From sequence record OR896829.1: a DNA stretch of 50,761 bases; one strand, written 5' to 3'. Of this stretch, positions 19,741-28,362 are shown one piece after another. Both the position numbers and the translations under genes were made by a program. Below the pieces are notes generated by a model. That model did no database searches. It was given only the letters and a program-made list of their open reading frames with translations, and was not told the origin of the DNA. This DNA comes from Escherichia phage MatMar. The stretch's first letter is position 1, and every line of letters starts with the position of its first letter.

Positions 19741-20356
19741 AATCATAGTGTGATGCATTTATAACCAAAACAGACGAGGCTGTGTAAATACCAACTGGGC
19801 CAGGAGTTTGTGCAACTTGCCTAGAGAAAGAATATACACCGTTGCCATACGCAGCAGCCTGAGATTCAAATATCATGAATCCACCTAAAGCCGGATTAGG
19901 AACAGAGTTTAATGCTGTCAGTGATGGCATTATGGCGCAAGGATAGCCCAGGTTAACATCAAATGCGATCCCGCTTACGCCTACTTGCTTTGCATCTAGC
20001 GGCCTCATTTTTCCATGATAAACCATTTCACCATGAGCATTATAAAACGCTATGCCGTGACTACCTGGGGGAGTCACCATATTACTAAAAGCATAAACAA
20101 TAACCTCACCCTGATTATCAGATCTATCAAGTCTTATTGCGTGCCTTCCACCATTGTTAAATTGCGTGAATGATATGTATGATTTAGCAGTCAATCTAAC
20201 AAAGAAAAAACACACCCTATCAATAGGAATTGACGAAGTAAAAACTGTTCCGGTATTAGCAGATATAACTGCCCGATCAATTAGATTAACCGGAGTGAAA
20301 TCTGGGCTTAACCATAATGATCCGTCTGATTTTTTTATGCTCATCCCGTACATCAT
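19739..20356 (-). CDS. hypothetical protein
   Basis: 205 aa from ATG at 20356; start overlaps stop of upstream gene. Confidence 0.45.
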   Translation of the reverse strand: MMYGMSIKKSDGSLWLSPDFTPVNLIDRAVISANTGTVFTSSIPIDRVCFFFVRLTAKSYISFTQFNNGGRHAIRLDRSDNQGEVIVYAFSNMVTPPGSHGIAFYNAHGEMVYHGKMRPLDAKQVGVSGIAFDVNLGYPCAIMPSLTALNSVPNPALGGFMIFESQAAAYGNGVYSFSRQVAQTPGPVGIYTASSVLVINASHYD

Positions 20357-20634
20357 CACCCCCAAAAAGTATATATATATCTTGAATCAGATCCAGAAAG
20401 CCCACTCCATGTAACGGTGTCGCCACTTACCGATAAGTTTGGTGCGCCAGGGTCGCCACCACGCCAGGAATTCATGCCAACATATATTGCTTTCAATGAT
20501 TTACCTGGCGGCCTGTTTTGGTAAGTCTTGCTACCTGATGGCTGAGTGAATTTATCAAGAAAGAAAACAGGCGTTAAAAGTCCTGTAACTTCCCTTCCTC
20601 GATCGTCATATATTGCATAACCATATTGCGCCAT
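20356..20634 (-). CDS. hypothetical protein
   Basis: 92 aa ORF, translationally coupled in 3-gene leftward operon. Confidence 0.45.
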   Translation of the reverse strand: MAQYGYAIYDDRGREVTGLLTPVFFLDKFTQPSGSKTYQNRPPGKSLKAIYVGMNSWRGGDPGAPNLSVSGDTVTWSGLSGSDSRYIYTFWG

Positions 20635-20903
20635 TAATTACACCTCAAATCAATAAATTTACTTTCATTTTGCCAGCGGTTGATAAATTTAACTTCTTTA
20701 TTGTCAACGCTCAACCTGTATTGCTTTTGGCTGAATCTGTTTTCGCGTACTGCATTAATTTTGACTTCATGGAATCCGTTAACAGGGAATGTTTTAACGT
20801 TAAATTTTGCCGTGCAATCGATCTTTTTGAAGCTGCCAGTAGGCGACGCTGCGCATCCGGTCAGAGCGGCTACGGTGGCGATAACTGCGATTAATTTTTT
20901 CAT
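20634..20903 (-). CDS. lipoprotein, possible superinfection exclusion protein
   Basis: 89 aa; signal peptide with lipobox LTGC; located next to tail genes where receptor-blocking exclusion lipoproteins of related phages sit; AGGAGA RBS. Confidence 0.5.
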   Translation of the reverse strand: MKKLIAVIATVAALTGCAASPTGSFKKIDCTAKFNVKTFPVNGFHEVKINAVRENRFSQKQYRLSVDNKEVKFINRWQNESKFIDLRCN

Positions 20904-20934
20904 CTTTGTATCTCCTTAGTTGTTGTTGTTTCCA

Positions 20935-20979
20935 ACTATACAAGATCTTGAACATCGAGTTTAGCAAAAAGTGCTATTT
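20935..20979 (-). promoter_or_regulatory. AAATAGCAC module (TTGCTA variant) with TATAGT box 21 bp downstream, upstream of lipoprotein operon
   Basis: - strand reads aaatagcactttttgctaaac N21 tatagt then RBS and ATG 20903. Confidence 0.45.
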
Positions 20980-21358
20980 GTTTTTTCTGTTCTCGCTTGT
21001 TATCAAATTCACACCTCCTTAATTTTAGCGCAAAACTTAAACACAAATTGGACAAACAATAGACAGTAAAATCATCTATATACATAAAAAATAAAGAGTT
21101 TATTTATCTATGTATCTATATTTGTTTTTATTTGTTCTCTGTGTTTCATTGGGTTGTGGTGTGTAGCATGTTTGGTGAGTGTATTGATTTATGTAATTAC
21201 AGATGCTCACTGGGTATTGCATATGTATGTATAAAGCTGAGCAGATACGCGAACGCGAGAACAGAAAAATAACAACCTTGATATTCAATCACTTATAATA
21301 TGATTTTGTTCTTAAGCTCAAAAGAAGCGTTTAGAAAACAGAAAAAACAAATCACCTA

Positions 21359-21386
21359 TTGACTAAACGCATCAAATAGCTAAAAT
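21359..21386 (+). promoter_or_regulatory. sigma70-like promoter (TTGACT N16 TAAAAT) upstream of exonuclease operon
   Basis: read directly; spacer contains AAATAGC. Confidence 0.45.
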
Positions 21387-21415
21387 GCAGGCATACCAAC
21401 CAATGAGGACGAATC

Positions 21416-22477
21416 ATGAATAAATTTATGGCTTACACCAGCGCAGAAATGAGCAACGAGCTTTATCACGATCCAGAAGCATGGACGGCTGAATATGTTA
21501 GCGGTTCAAGTCTGGCAGAGATTTACAGCACTTGCCCTGCTGCGTGGAAGTTCAAGCCGCGCGACGATAAGAGCAAGGCGCTCGTTTTCGGTACGCAGTC
21601 GCATACCAACTTCGAAAGCAAGGAGCTATTTGATAAAACTTACCGCCGTGCGCCAGCGCCGGAAGACTTCAAAGAGTTGATCACAAGCCAAACGGCATTG
21701 GCTGCAAAGCTGAAATCTTTTGGCCTGAAAGGGACAAGCGGAAAGGCTTACCCCGACCTTATCAAAATGATGGTTGATTGTGGCGAAGACCTTAACATCA
21801 TGTGGTTAATCGACATGATCGCAGAAAGCCAGGCCAGAGCCGACGGCGTACAGTTAATCGACGCGAAAGATTACGATGCTTGCGTGGCAATGCGCCAGGT
21901 TCTGGAATCCATACCGGAACATAACGCCTGCATGAACAGCCCGACGGCACAGCGTGAATTGTCGTTATTCGGCGAAATCAACGGCGTAAAAGTTAAAGTT
22001 CGATGTGATCACGTTGACGTAGTGAAAAACGTCACCGCCACGCTGATTGATGGTTATGACGAAAAAGGTCAGCCAATTTGTCGTGATATTGTTTATCCAG
22101 AAGCAGTGGTGATCACAGACTACAAAACAACAATGAGCGCAAATCCTATGGAGTTTATGCGACTGGCTTACAACCACGGTTATTATTTGAAAATGGCACT
22201 GCAACATGATTTATTCAGGAAGGCATATCCAGATGAGAAGCGACCTGTAGTTATGCGCCTGTTAGCCCAGGAGAAGAAGGAGCCTTATCTACCGCTGGCT
22301 TTCCGCATGAACAGCGAGCAATTGAAAATAGGCCGAGTCCAGTATGTTAGCGTGATCCAACAGTTTGCTATGTGCCAGCATCATGACGTATGGCCTGCGT
22401 ATGCAAACGGTGAGCCGGAAGTTTGCTTGGATACGCCTGAATTTGTGCGCCGACAGTTCAAGCAGTATCTGATTTAA
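21416..22477 (+). CDS. PD-(D/E)XK exonuclease (RecE / lambda-exo-like), putative
   Basis: 353 aa; VVITDYKTT D-x-K motif; followed by annealing protein and SSB genes. Confidence 0.55.
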   Translation: MNKFMAYTSAEMSNELYHDPEAWTAEYVSGSSLAEIYSTCPAAWKFKPRDDKSKALVFGTQSHTNFESKELFDKTYRRAPAPEDFKELITSQTALAAKLKSFGLKGTSGKAYPDLIKMMVDCGEDLNIMWLIDMIAESQARADGVQLIDAKDYDACVAMRQVLESIPEHNACMNSPTAQRELSLFGEINGVKVKVRCDHVDVVKNVTATLIDGYDEKGQPICRDIVYPEAVVITDYKTTMSANPMEFMRLAYNHGYYLKMALQHDLFRKAYPDEKRPVVMRLLAQEKKEPYLPLAFRMNSEQLKIGRVQYVSVIQQFAMCQHHDVWPAYANGEPEVCLDTPEFVRRQFKQYLI

Positions 22478-22484
22478 ACCGCAC

Positions 22485-22520
22485 AAATAGCTAAACAAAT
22501 GATTAGCGCGGTGTTATAAT
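22485..22520 (+). repeat. short variant of the element (AAATAGCTAAAC) with TATAAT about 21 bp downstream inside a small hairpin
   Basis: aaatagctaaac ... cgcgg tgttataattcg ccgcg. Confidence 0.35.
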
Positions 22521-22553
22521 TCGCCGCGCAGGTTAACAAATAAGGGATTAATT

Positions 22554-23207
22554 ATGCAGCTATCAGAGAAATTCGATCTTGTACTTCCGGCGCTACACAA
22601 AGCGCGTTCAATGTTTGTGAAGGTTAAAAAAGACCGACAAAACAGCCATCTGAAAAACCGTTACGCCACACTTGACGCTGTACTTGATGCAATAACTCCA
22701 GCGTTGATGGATAACGACCTAATGCTAATGCAGGACGGCAGCCGCATCGAAAATAACACGCTGCGAGTCGAAACAACAGTAATGCACACATCAGGTCAGT
22801 GGGTGAAATATTTCTTTGACATCCCAATCGTGAAGAATGATCCGCAAGGCGTAGGTTCTGCTTTCACCTATGGGCGACGTTATGCGGCGGCGGCAGCGTT
22901 CGGTTTAAGCCAGGCTGACGACGATGCGCAAATCGCTGTTAAGTCTGCGAACGACTGGAAACGCGATCTTGATAAATGTGAGTCAGTACCTGAATTGCAG
23001 GAAACATTCAAGAAAGCATGGAGCGCAAGCGATCCAGCAAGTAAACAGGTCGTTAAGGAACACTACGAGAAACGCAAAGCAGAAATCGAAATCGGCGGCG
23101 CGCGCGGTTTTAATCCAGCGCAACCAAAAAATAATCTTGCAAGTGATTCCGTTGACACCGCAAAACATGAGCAAGTACAATCGGCTAACATCACCGATTT
23201 TGAATAA
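22554..23207 (+). CDS. single-strand annealing protein (Erf/Rad52-like), putative
   Basis: 217 aa; [13 protein letters not shown] and [12 protein letters not shown] motifs; synteny with exonuclease and SSB. Confidence 0.5.
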   Translation: MQLSEKFDLVLPALHKARSMFVKVKKDRQNSHLKNRYATLDAVLDAITPALMDNDLMLMQDGSRIENNTLRVETTVMHTSGQWVKYFFDIPIVKNDPQGVGSAFTYGRRYAAAAAFGLSQADDDAQIAVKSANDWKRDLDKCESVPELQETFKKAWSASDPASKQVVKEHYEKRKAEIEIGGARGFNPAQPKNNLASDSVDTAKHEQVQSANITDFE

Positions 23208-23232
23208 AAACGGGGCGCTTGCGCCCCATTTT
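23205..23232 (+). terminator. hairpin between annealing-protein and SSB genes
   Basis: ggggcgc ttg cgcccc then attttca. Confidence 0.4.
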
Positions 23233-23248
23233 CATAGGAGAAAACAAA

Positions 23249-23695
23249 ATGCACGTAGTCACAGGAACGATCCGAAAAGAGCCATACACAAAAGAAGGAC
23301 AAAGCAACTCCGGCGCTTACAAGATGTATATTGTGGAATTGTCGGAGTCTATTAAAGACAGACAGAGTGGTGAACGGATATATTCAAACTATAGCGCAAC
23401 GTTCTTCGCATCAAGCGATGTAATGCGTCAGTGGTATGATAACGCGTTGCAGGTTGGTAAAGTCGTTTCCATCTCTGCGGAAGTTCTACGCATCAACCAG
23501 CGCGAGCATAACGGTAACAACTACGTGACGTTGCAGATGGAACAACCACGACTGGTATTCAGCCAGCGCACCGAAGGACAGCAGCAACAGCAGAATCAAG
23601 GTGGATGGGGGCAACCGCAACAGCAGCATCCTCGCCAGCAACCACAGCAAAGCAATCAGCCTCCAATGAATTTTGACGACGACATTCCATTCTGA
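23249..23695 (+). CDS. ssb: single-stranded DNA-binding protein
   Basis: 148 aa from ATG 23249 with AGGAGA RBS; Gln/Gly/Pro-rich linker and acidic C-terminal tail DDDIPF. Confidence 0.8.
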   Translation: MHVVTGTIRKEPYTKEGQSNSGAYKMYIVELSESIKDRQSGERIYSNYSATFFASSDVMRQWYDNALQVGKVVSISAEVLRINQREHNGNNYVTLQMEQPRLVFSQRTEGQQQQQNQGGWGQPQQQHPRQQPQQSNQPPMNFDDDIPF

Positions 23696-23703
23696 TAACA
23701 AAA

Positions 23704-23729
23704 GCCCCGCATATGCGGGGCATTTTTTT
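23704..23729. terminator. bidirectional terminator-like hairpin
   Basis: gccccgcatatgcggggc followed by ttttttt. Confidence 0.6.
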
Positions 23730-24423
23730 AGTCTAACGTGGTTGGTTTGTTTACCAGTGCCGCTACAACCGCTTTTAGCTCGTCAATTTCTTTTCTCATC
23801 TCCTCATTTTCCGCTTTCAGATTCTTGACGTGGTGAATCAGTGGAACAGTGAGGCGGTCATACATAACGCCTTCCGCCACCATGCCATTACTTGAAGCAA
23901 TGGCAGGATCTTCTCCTTCTTGCAGCGGTCGCCAGTGAACGTACTCCGGCGCAACCTCTCCAACTTCCTCTGCAATCAGTCCGTACCATCCCCAATCTTT
24001 ACGGTCGCTTTCACAAGTTGACCGATACCACACAGGACGCATTTCAAGCATCAGATCCGCATATTCATCAATAACCGATTCTACGCTGCGCTTATAACGA
24101 GAAGAGGAAGTGGAGCGTAAAACTTGCGACACTCCAGCATTTGGATCAAGCCATAAGTTTGCTGATTGAGCGGTTGTGTTAAGATTAAATAAATAAAATG
24201 CATCGTTACCAGTTAGGGGGTAAAAACTCCCACCATACCTTCCGCTACCCAACTCGGATGATAGATCAGTTTGTTTTAGATACGGTTTCAATTTATTTTC
24301 AACATCAGTAGTTGATGCTTTTCCGGCAACATCCTGTTTTAGTGTCGAAACATCCTGATTTATCGTAGAAACATCATTTTTTAGCTTCGTTATATCACTA
24401 GGTATAACAGTTACTGTAGCCAT
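23728..24423 (-). CDS. putative tail fibre-associated protein (coiled-coil N- and C-termini)
   Basis: 231 aa downstream of the side tail fibre gene on the same strand. Confidence 0.35.
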   Translation of the reverse strand: MATVTVIPSDITKLKNDVSTINQDVSTLKQDVAGKASTTDVENKLKPYLKQTDLSSELGSGRYGGSFYPLTGNDAFYLFNLNTTAQSANLWLDPNAGVSQVLRSTSSSRYKRSVESVIDEYADLMLEMRPVWYRSTCESDRKDWGWYGLIAEEVGEVAPEYVHWRPLQEGEDPAIASSNGMVAEGVMYDRLTVPLIHHVKNLKAENEEMRKEIDELKAVVAALVNKPTTLD

Positions 24424-24435
24424 TTTCCTAACTCC

Positions 24436-24714
24436 TTAAGCCCATTCTCTAATAGGCTGATCTAACTCAACCACGTAGTCGTTAAAAATTACGGCATCAA
24501 ACTTATCATCAATGATTCGCACATTGACGAAATAGCCGTCGTTCTTTCTCGCAACCTCCTCGCCATCGTCAGTGACCGAAATTACCTTATATGTGTATCC
24601 AATTACATCAATCATGATTGCGTTTTGAAGTTCATCATTATCATGCCATTCTATTTCGTCCAGAAAGGCGGAAAACTCCGCCTTGTCTGCAAATTTAAGT
24701 GTTAAATCTTTCAT
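24436..24714 (-). CDS. hypothetical protein (possible fibre assembly factor)
   Basis: 92 aa acidic protein between the two fibre-related genes. Confidence 0.4.
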   Translation of the reverse strand: MKDLTLKFADKAEFSAFLDEIEWHDNDELQNAIMIDVIGYTYKVISVTDDGEEVARKNDGYFVNVRIIDDKFDAVIFNDYVVELDQPIREWA

Positions 24715-26702
24715 TAAACAATCTCCCCCATTTGATGATCTGTTAATGCTTTATGCCAGATTCTGAAGTTTCTAACGTGCCCGAAAAGGTGTCTCTCTCC
24801 AGTGTTTGTTTGTCCGCCAATCCTTATGGTCGCAGTAGATACAACGTGACTATAAGTTGCCTTTGCTGAAGATGATAGAACAGCGTTACAAAGTGCTTGC
24901 GTATCTCCATTTTCACCACATCTAAATCCAGCGATAAATTTTCTACTTGTTGTTTTTACATATTTATTGATTCTTCCTGATCCGTCTCCTATATCCACAT
25001 AAGGAGATCCAGTATCAACAGCCGAACCACCTCGCAAACCGTGAATTATCGCTTGCCCTTCCTTTTGCCCAGTGAAATCCATAATTCTCGGAGCTGCATT
25101 AGGTGGAGAGTCCCACTCCCAATTACGATGAACCTCACTCATTACCGTTAGCGGAAGATTGTAGATATTGTTTTTTATTGGGAGAGTTACAAGATCGCTT
25201 GCCCGTGTTACTGGATTTGCTTCTGTAATTATGAAAGAAGAAGCACAAGACCCTCCCTCAACTTGCGGAGTTGCAATATAAATGTAATCGTCGGCAGTGG
25301 TTGCAGCCCCCTTTTCAGGTGCATATTGCACCATTGCACCAATCATGCTTTCCTGTTCTAATGCTGTGATCGTGGCCTCAAAAAATATCCATTTGCTTGA
25401 TTCATCTCTTACTGCTCTTGCTGTTATCCTGTTTGCAGCACCGCCTGTTTTTTCTATTGACAAGTCCTCAAGTCCGAGATAAGCATCACCCAAAAAGGTA
25501 TATCCACTATCATTATAATTTTCAAATCTAAGCCTGCACCTTATGTTTCCTTTACCTCCCTTTACTCTGCATGAGATTGTTACTCTTTTTTCTTCACCAG
25601 TAACATCAAAACCCTTACTACCAGATACTGTAACTATGTTAATAGCCGATGTTTGCCCTACCATTTCTGGCTTCAATGTAAACTTGCCAAATGAAAAACC
25701 GAAATCATCAACTCCTGATTGGTTTAATACCATGTTTGATGACTTGTTCCATTTTGAAGGATTGGTGCTATTTATAAGAAGGTTTGTTCTTTGCCCCTCG
25801 ATGAGAAGACCATCCTTTTCAAATCTAGGTTCATCAATAGCAGCATTAGTAAGCACGCCAGACTTATTAATGTAAGTAGCGGTTGATGCTCGTTTAAATT
25901 TAACAATCTTGTCGCCTGGCATTGTGATCTCATCATCACCTATGACAATCTTTTTGTATGACGGCGAGAATCCCGTAATCATATCAAGCGAATCATTAAA
26001 CGGTATCCACACGTCAGGCAATGGTTGCAATAAATCTTTGTAAGGTTCTGCCGCCTGCTTTGCGTATTCCTCCGCTTTATCTCGCGCACTTTCAGCGCCT
26101 GCCTTTGCGGTGTTCGCAGCATCACGCGCGGATTCAGCGCCAGACTTTGCTGCTTCAGCGCCAGTCTTTGCAGTGTTTGCAGCGTCGCGCGCGGATTCAG
26201 CGGCAGCCTTTGCAGTATCAGCGCCTTTCTTGCTATTCGCTGCATTTGTTGCGCTTGTCTTCGCGTTATTCTCGCTGGTTTTAGCTGCCTGCTGGCTTGC
26301 TGCTGCTGCGTCAGCATTTGTCTTTACGTCTTCTTGGATCTTCTGTAGCTTATCCCAATCAAAATCCTTGATGATCTCAATAAATCCAGCAAGCTCCGAC
26401 TCTTTCCCCATGTAGTAGCGCAATGTTTCCGCTACGTCTTGCGCCAGGCCATCAACAGTTAACGAGTCATGAAGCAAGATTATGTAGTCTGAACGGGGAA
26501 CAACAGCACCACCAGTGGTGATTGCTCGAATGCTAGTATCGTTGACCACTTCGGTGATAACTGCGGCCTGTAGCGGCTGAGTCAGAAAAATAATGGTTGC
26601 GCCGGAACGGATCAGCGTTAACTGCTCACGCCAGTTCGTCCCGTAGCCAGTTATATAGCCTTGAGCGTCCATTGACGCTTGACCTTTGCGATAAATTGCC
26701 AT
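24714..26702 (-). CDS. side tail fibre protein
   Basis: 662 aa from ATG at 26702 with AGGAGA RBS (ORF track starts at GTG 26726); tandem Ala/Lys-rich repeats AESARDAANTAK x3; lectin/jelly-roll-like C-terminal half. Confidence 0.65.
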   Translation of the reverse strand: MAIYRKGQASMDAQGYITGYGTNWREQLTLIRSGATIIFLTQPLQAAVITEVVNDTSIRAITTGGAVVPRSDYIILLHDSLTVDGLAQDVAETLRYYMGKESELAGFIEIIKDFDWDKLQKIQEDVKTNADAAAASQQAAKTSENNAKTSATNAANSKKGADTAKAAAESARDAANTAKTGAEAAKSGAESARDAANTAKAGAESARDKAEEYAKQAAEPYKDLLQPLPDVWIPFNDSLDMITGFSPSYKKIVIGDDEITMPGDKIVKFKRASTATYINKSGVLTNAAIDEPRFEKDGLLIEGQRTNLLINSTNPSKWNKSSNMVLNQSGVDDFGFSFGKFTLKPEMVGQTSAINIVTVSGSKGFDVTGEEKRVTISCRVKGGKGNIRCRLRFENYNDSGYTFLGDAYLGLEDLSIEKTGGAANRITARAVRDESSKWIFFEATITALEQESMIGAMVQYAPEKGAATTADDYIYIATPQVEGGSCASSFIITEANPVTRASDLVTLPIKNNIYNLPLTVMSEVHRNWEWDSPPNAAPRIMDFTGQKEGQAIIHGLRGGSAVDTGSPYVDIGDGSGRINKYVKTTSRKFIAGFRCGENGDTQALCNAVLSSSAKATYSHVVSTATIRIGGQTNTGERHLFGHVRNFRIWHKALTDHQMGEIV

Positions 26703-26718
26703 CTGTAATTTTCTCCTG

Positions 26719-26738
26719 TATAGCACTTTTTGCTAATG
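26719..26738 (+). repeat. AAATAGCAC element (TTGCTA variant) abutting tail-fibre RBS, oriented opposite to the gene
   Basis: + strand reads tatagcactttttgctaatg; no -10-like box at N22. Confidence 0.55.
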
Positions 26739-26775
26739 ACAACATTGAGAATAGCAGTTTTGCAGGCAAAAAAAA

Positions 26776-26792
26776 ACCCCGCGTAGCGGGGT
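26776..26792 (-). terminator. terminator hairpin serving the leftward primase transcript
   Basis: accccgcgtagcggggt flanked by an A-run on + strand (U-run on - strand). Confidence 0.5.
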
Positions 26793-26831
26793 AAGCATAA
26801 AGGAAGTGATAACGATGGATTCTCGCTAATC

Positions 26832-27794
26832 TTATAAAAGCGATTCAGGCTTGTAAAGTTTTTTCTCAATGCCATTTTTGAAGTTTCCACCAATCGGCAG
26901 CATAACATCAAGGTTTCTTTCATCGGCGGCGATTATTACATCCCGATCATCTTTATGGCATACGACGCGCATCTTTCGATTTCCTTTGTATCTGTGGGCA
27001 ACCATCTCAAGATTGTAGTTATTGTAGCACGTCCATACTTCTTGCCCCGTCGCAAGGTGCACATGCTGAGCATTTACCCAGTCAGTGCACAAATAGATCG
27101 TCTTATCTGTGCTACCAGTTACAACAACCGATCCGCGCGTGTAATCCTTTGCCAGAAATGATTTATCGCCTTCCTCGGTGATAAAGAGAATATTGCACAT
27201 CTCATCATCCACGCCGTCTTCGTGAACAAGTCGGCACGGAAGCGCGTGAATGTATCGCCCATCCTTAACGCCGCAATCGTAATGACCATCATCAGGCGGG
27301 TAGATTCCTTCAAATACGCTTAAAGGAGTGCGATCAAATTTAAGCGTCTTTGCCATTACTCTTTCACAGCATTCATGGCTGGCCTGCTTCCCGAAATTGT
27401 AGCCGGACGAGCGCGACGCTATCTTGTTAGCCTTTGCCACCACCTCGACCGGAACGAGATTGAGCCAGTCGCCCAGCGTGTTAATTGCTTCGCTATAGCT
27501 TTCCCCGCGCAATCGCATAAACAACCCGATCCCGCTATCGTTACCGCATACGTTGCAGATATTGCCGCCATCACCTTTCTTTGCGAGTTGGTTAGTCCAA
27601 CGAGCGCGATCTTTGCCACCACAATACAGGCACGGTTGATGCTTGCCATTAAAGAAAGATTGAGGCGCATTGCATAGTTTCATTAATGCAGTTTGCCACA
27701 TTCCAAGCATACGCGGTAAAACTTCGTCTTTGTCGTAGTGCATTGTAAACCTCATACAAGAAAAAGCCTGGCAATGATAAACCACGCCAGGCAA
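26832..27794 (-). CDS. DNA primase (zinc-ribbon type)
   Basis: 320 aa; HQPCLYCGGKDRARW ... NICNVCG zinc-binding motif typical of primase zinc-binding domains. Confidence 0.55.
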   Translation of the reverse strand: MPGVVYHCQAFSCMRFTMHYDKDEVLPRMLGMWQTALMKLCNAPQSFFNGKHQPCLYCGGKDRARWTNQLAKKGDGGNICNVCGNDSGIGLFMRLRGESYSEAINTLGDWLNLVPVEVVAKANKIASRSSGYNFGKQASHECCERVMAKTLKFDRTPLSVFEGIYPPDDGHYDCGVKDGRYIHALPCRLVHEDGVDDEMCNILFITEEGDKSFLAKDYTRGSVVVTGSTDKTIYLCTDWVNAQHVHLATGQEVWTCYNNYNLEMVAHRYKGNRKMRVVCHKDDRDVIIAADERNLDVMLPIGGNFKNGIEKKLYKPESLL

Positions 27795-27800
27795 TTAACT

Positions 27801-28277
27801 TTAGCTATTTGTGCTTTTTGGTTCTTTGTAAAATATTCCGCCAGGTTCATAATCGCGCATCGTTACCACTCGCAACATCTCACGACGTTCGCAACGTGTA
27901 ACAAGCGGCTTACCGTTTGAGTCGAATTTTAGATCCGGGCGACAGAATGATGCGCGATAGCCTTTACAGCCATTATATTTGTAGTCATTATGCACGCGTT
28001 GTGCGCCCATCGCTGAAATCATCCCGCGCTTGCGCCACATATTTACAGTTTGCTGGGATACTCCCAATCGACGAGCCATATTTGCCACACCTCCGAAATA
28101 CTCCAGAAGAATATCAAGGCGAGCGGTCAGTCCGGCTTTTACTTCTTCTTTCAGTATGTAATATCCGGTGCGCGGCTTGCGTGGCTTCTTGTCCTTGCCG
28201 CGTCGCGTTCCGTTGTTGCCGTTCAATGTTCTCTTGTCAATCTCACCAGTATAGGCCGCGATTCGCTTTTCTTTCAT
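27801..28277 (-). CDS. HTH DNA-binding protein (putative transcription regulator)
   Basis: 158 aa from ATG at 28277 with GAGGTG RBS (ORF track start 28436 is an upstream alternative codon); helix-turn-helix MARRLGVSQQTVNMWRKRG; basic N-terminal region. Confidence 0.5.
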   Translation of the reverse strand: MKEKRIAAYTGEIDKRTLNGNNGTRRGKDKKPRKPRTGYYILKEEVKAGLTARLDILLEYFGGVANMARRLGVSQQTVNMWRKRGMISAMGAQRVHNDYKYNGCKGYRASFCRPDLKFDSNGKPLVTRCERREMLRVVTMRDYEPGGIFYKEPKSTNS

Positions 28278-28287
28278 TTTGCACCTC

Positions 28288-28330
28288 ATAGCACTTTTTG
28301 TTAAAAATAGCTTTTGAACGTGTGTATTAT
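28288..28330 (+). promoter_or_regulatory. AAATAGCAC module with TATTAT box 21 bp downstream, upstream of helicase gene
   Basis: atagcactttttgttaaaa N21 tattat acacgcc. Confidence 0.45.
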
Positions 28331-28362
28331 ACACGCCTAATGGCTTATTAAAAGAGACAGTT

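Noticed and set aside
26832-28277. Lysogeny module (integrase or CI-like repressor) among the HTH proteins
   Set aside because: No integrase-sized ORF with recombinase features anywhere; the HTH protein at 27801..28277 lacks a peptidase/dimerisation C-terminal domain and sits in a replication operon.
28298-28330. TTGTTA of the repeat acting as a canonical sigma70 -35 hexamer
   Set aside because: Its distance to the TATAAT-like box is a fixed 21-22 bp, outside the 16-18 bp range that works for sigma70; hence the proposal of a non-canonical promoter class.
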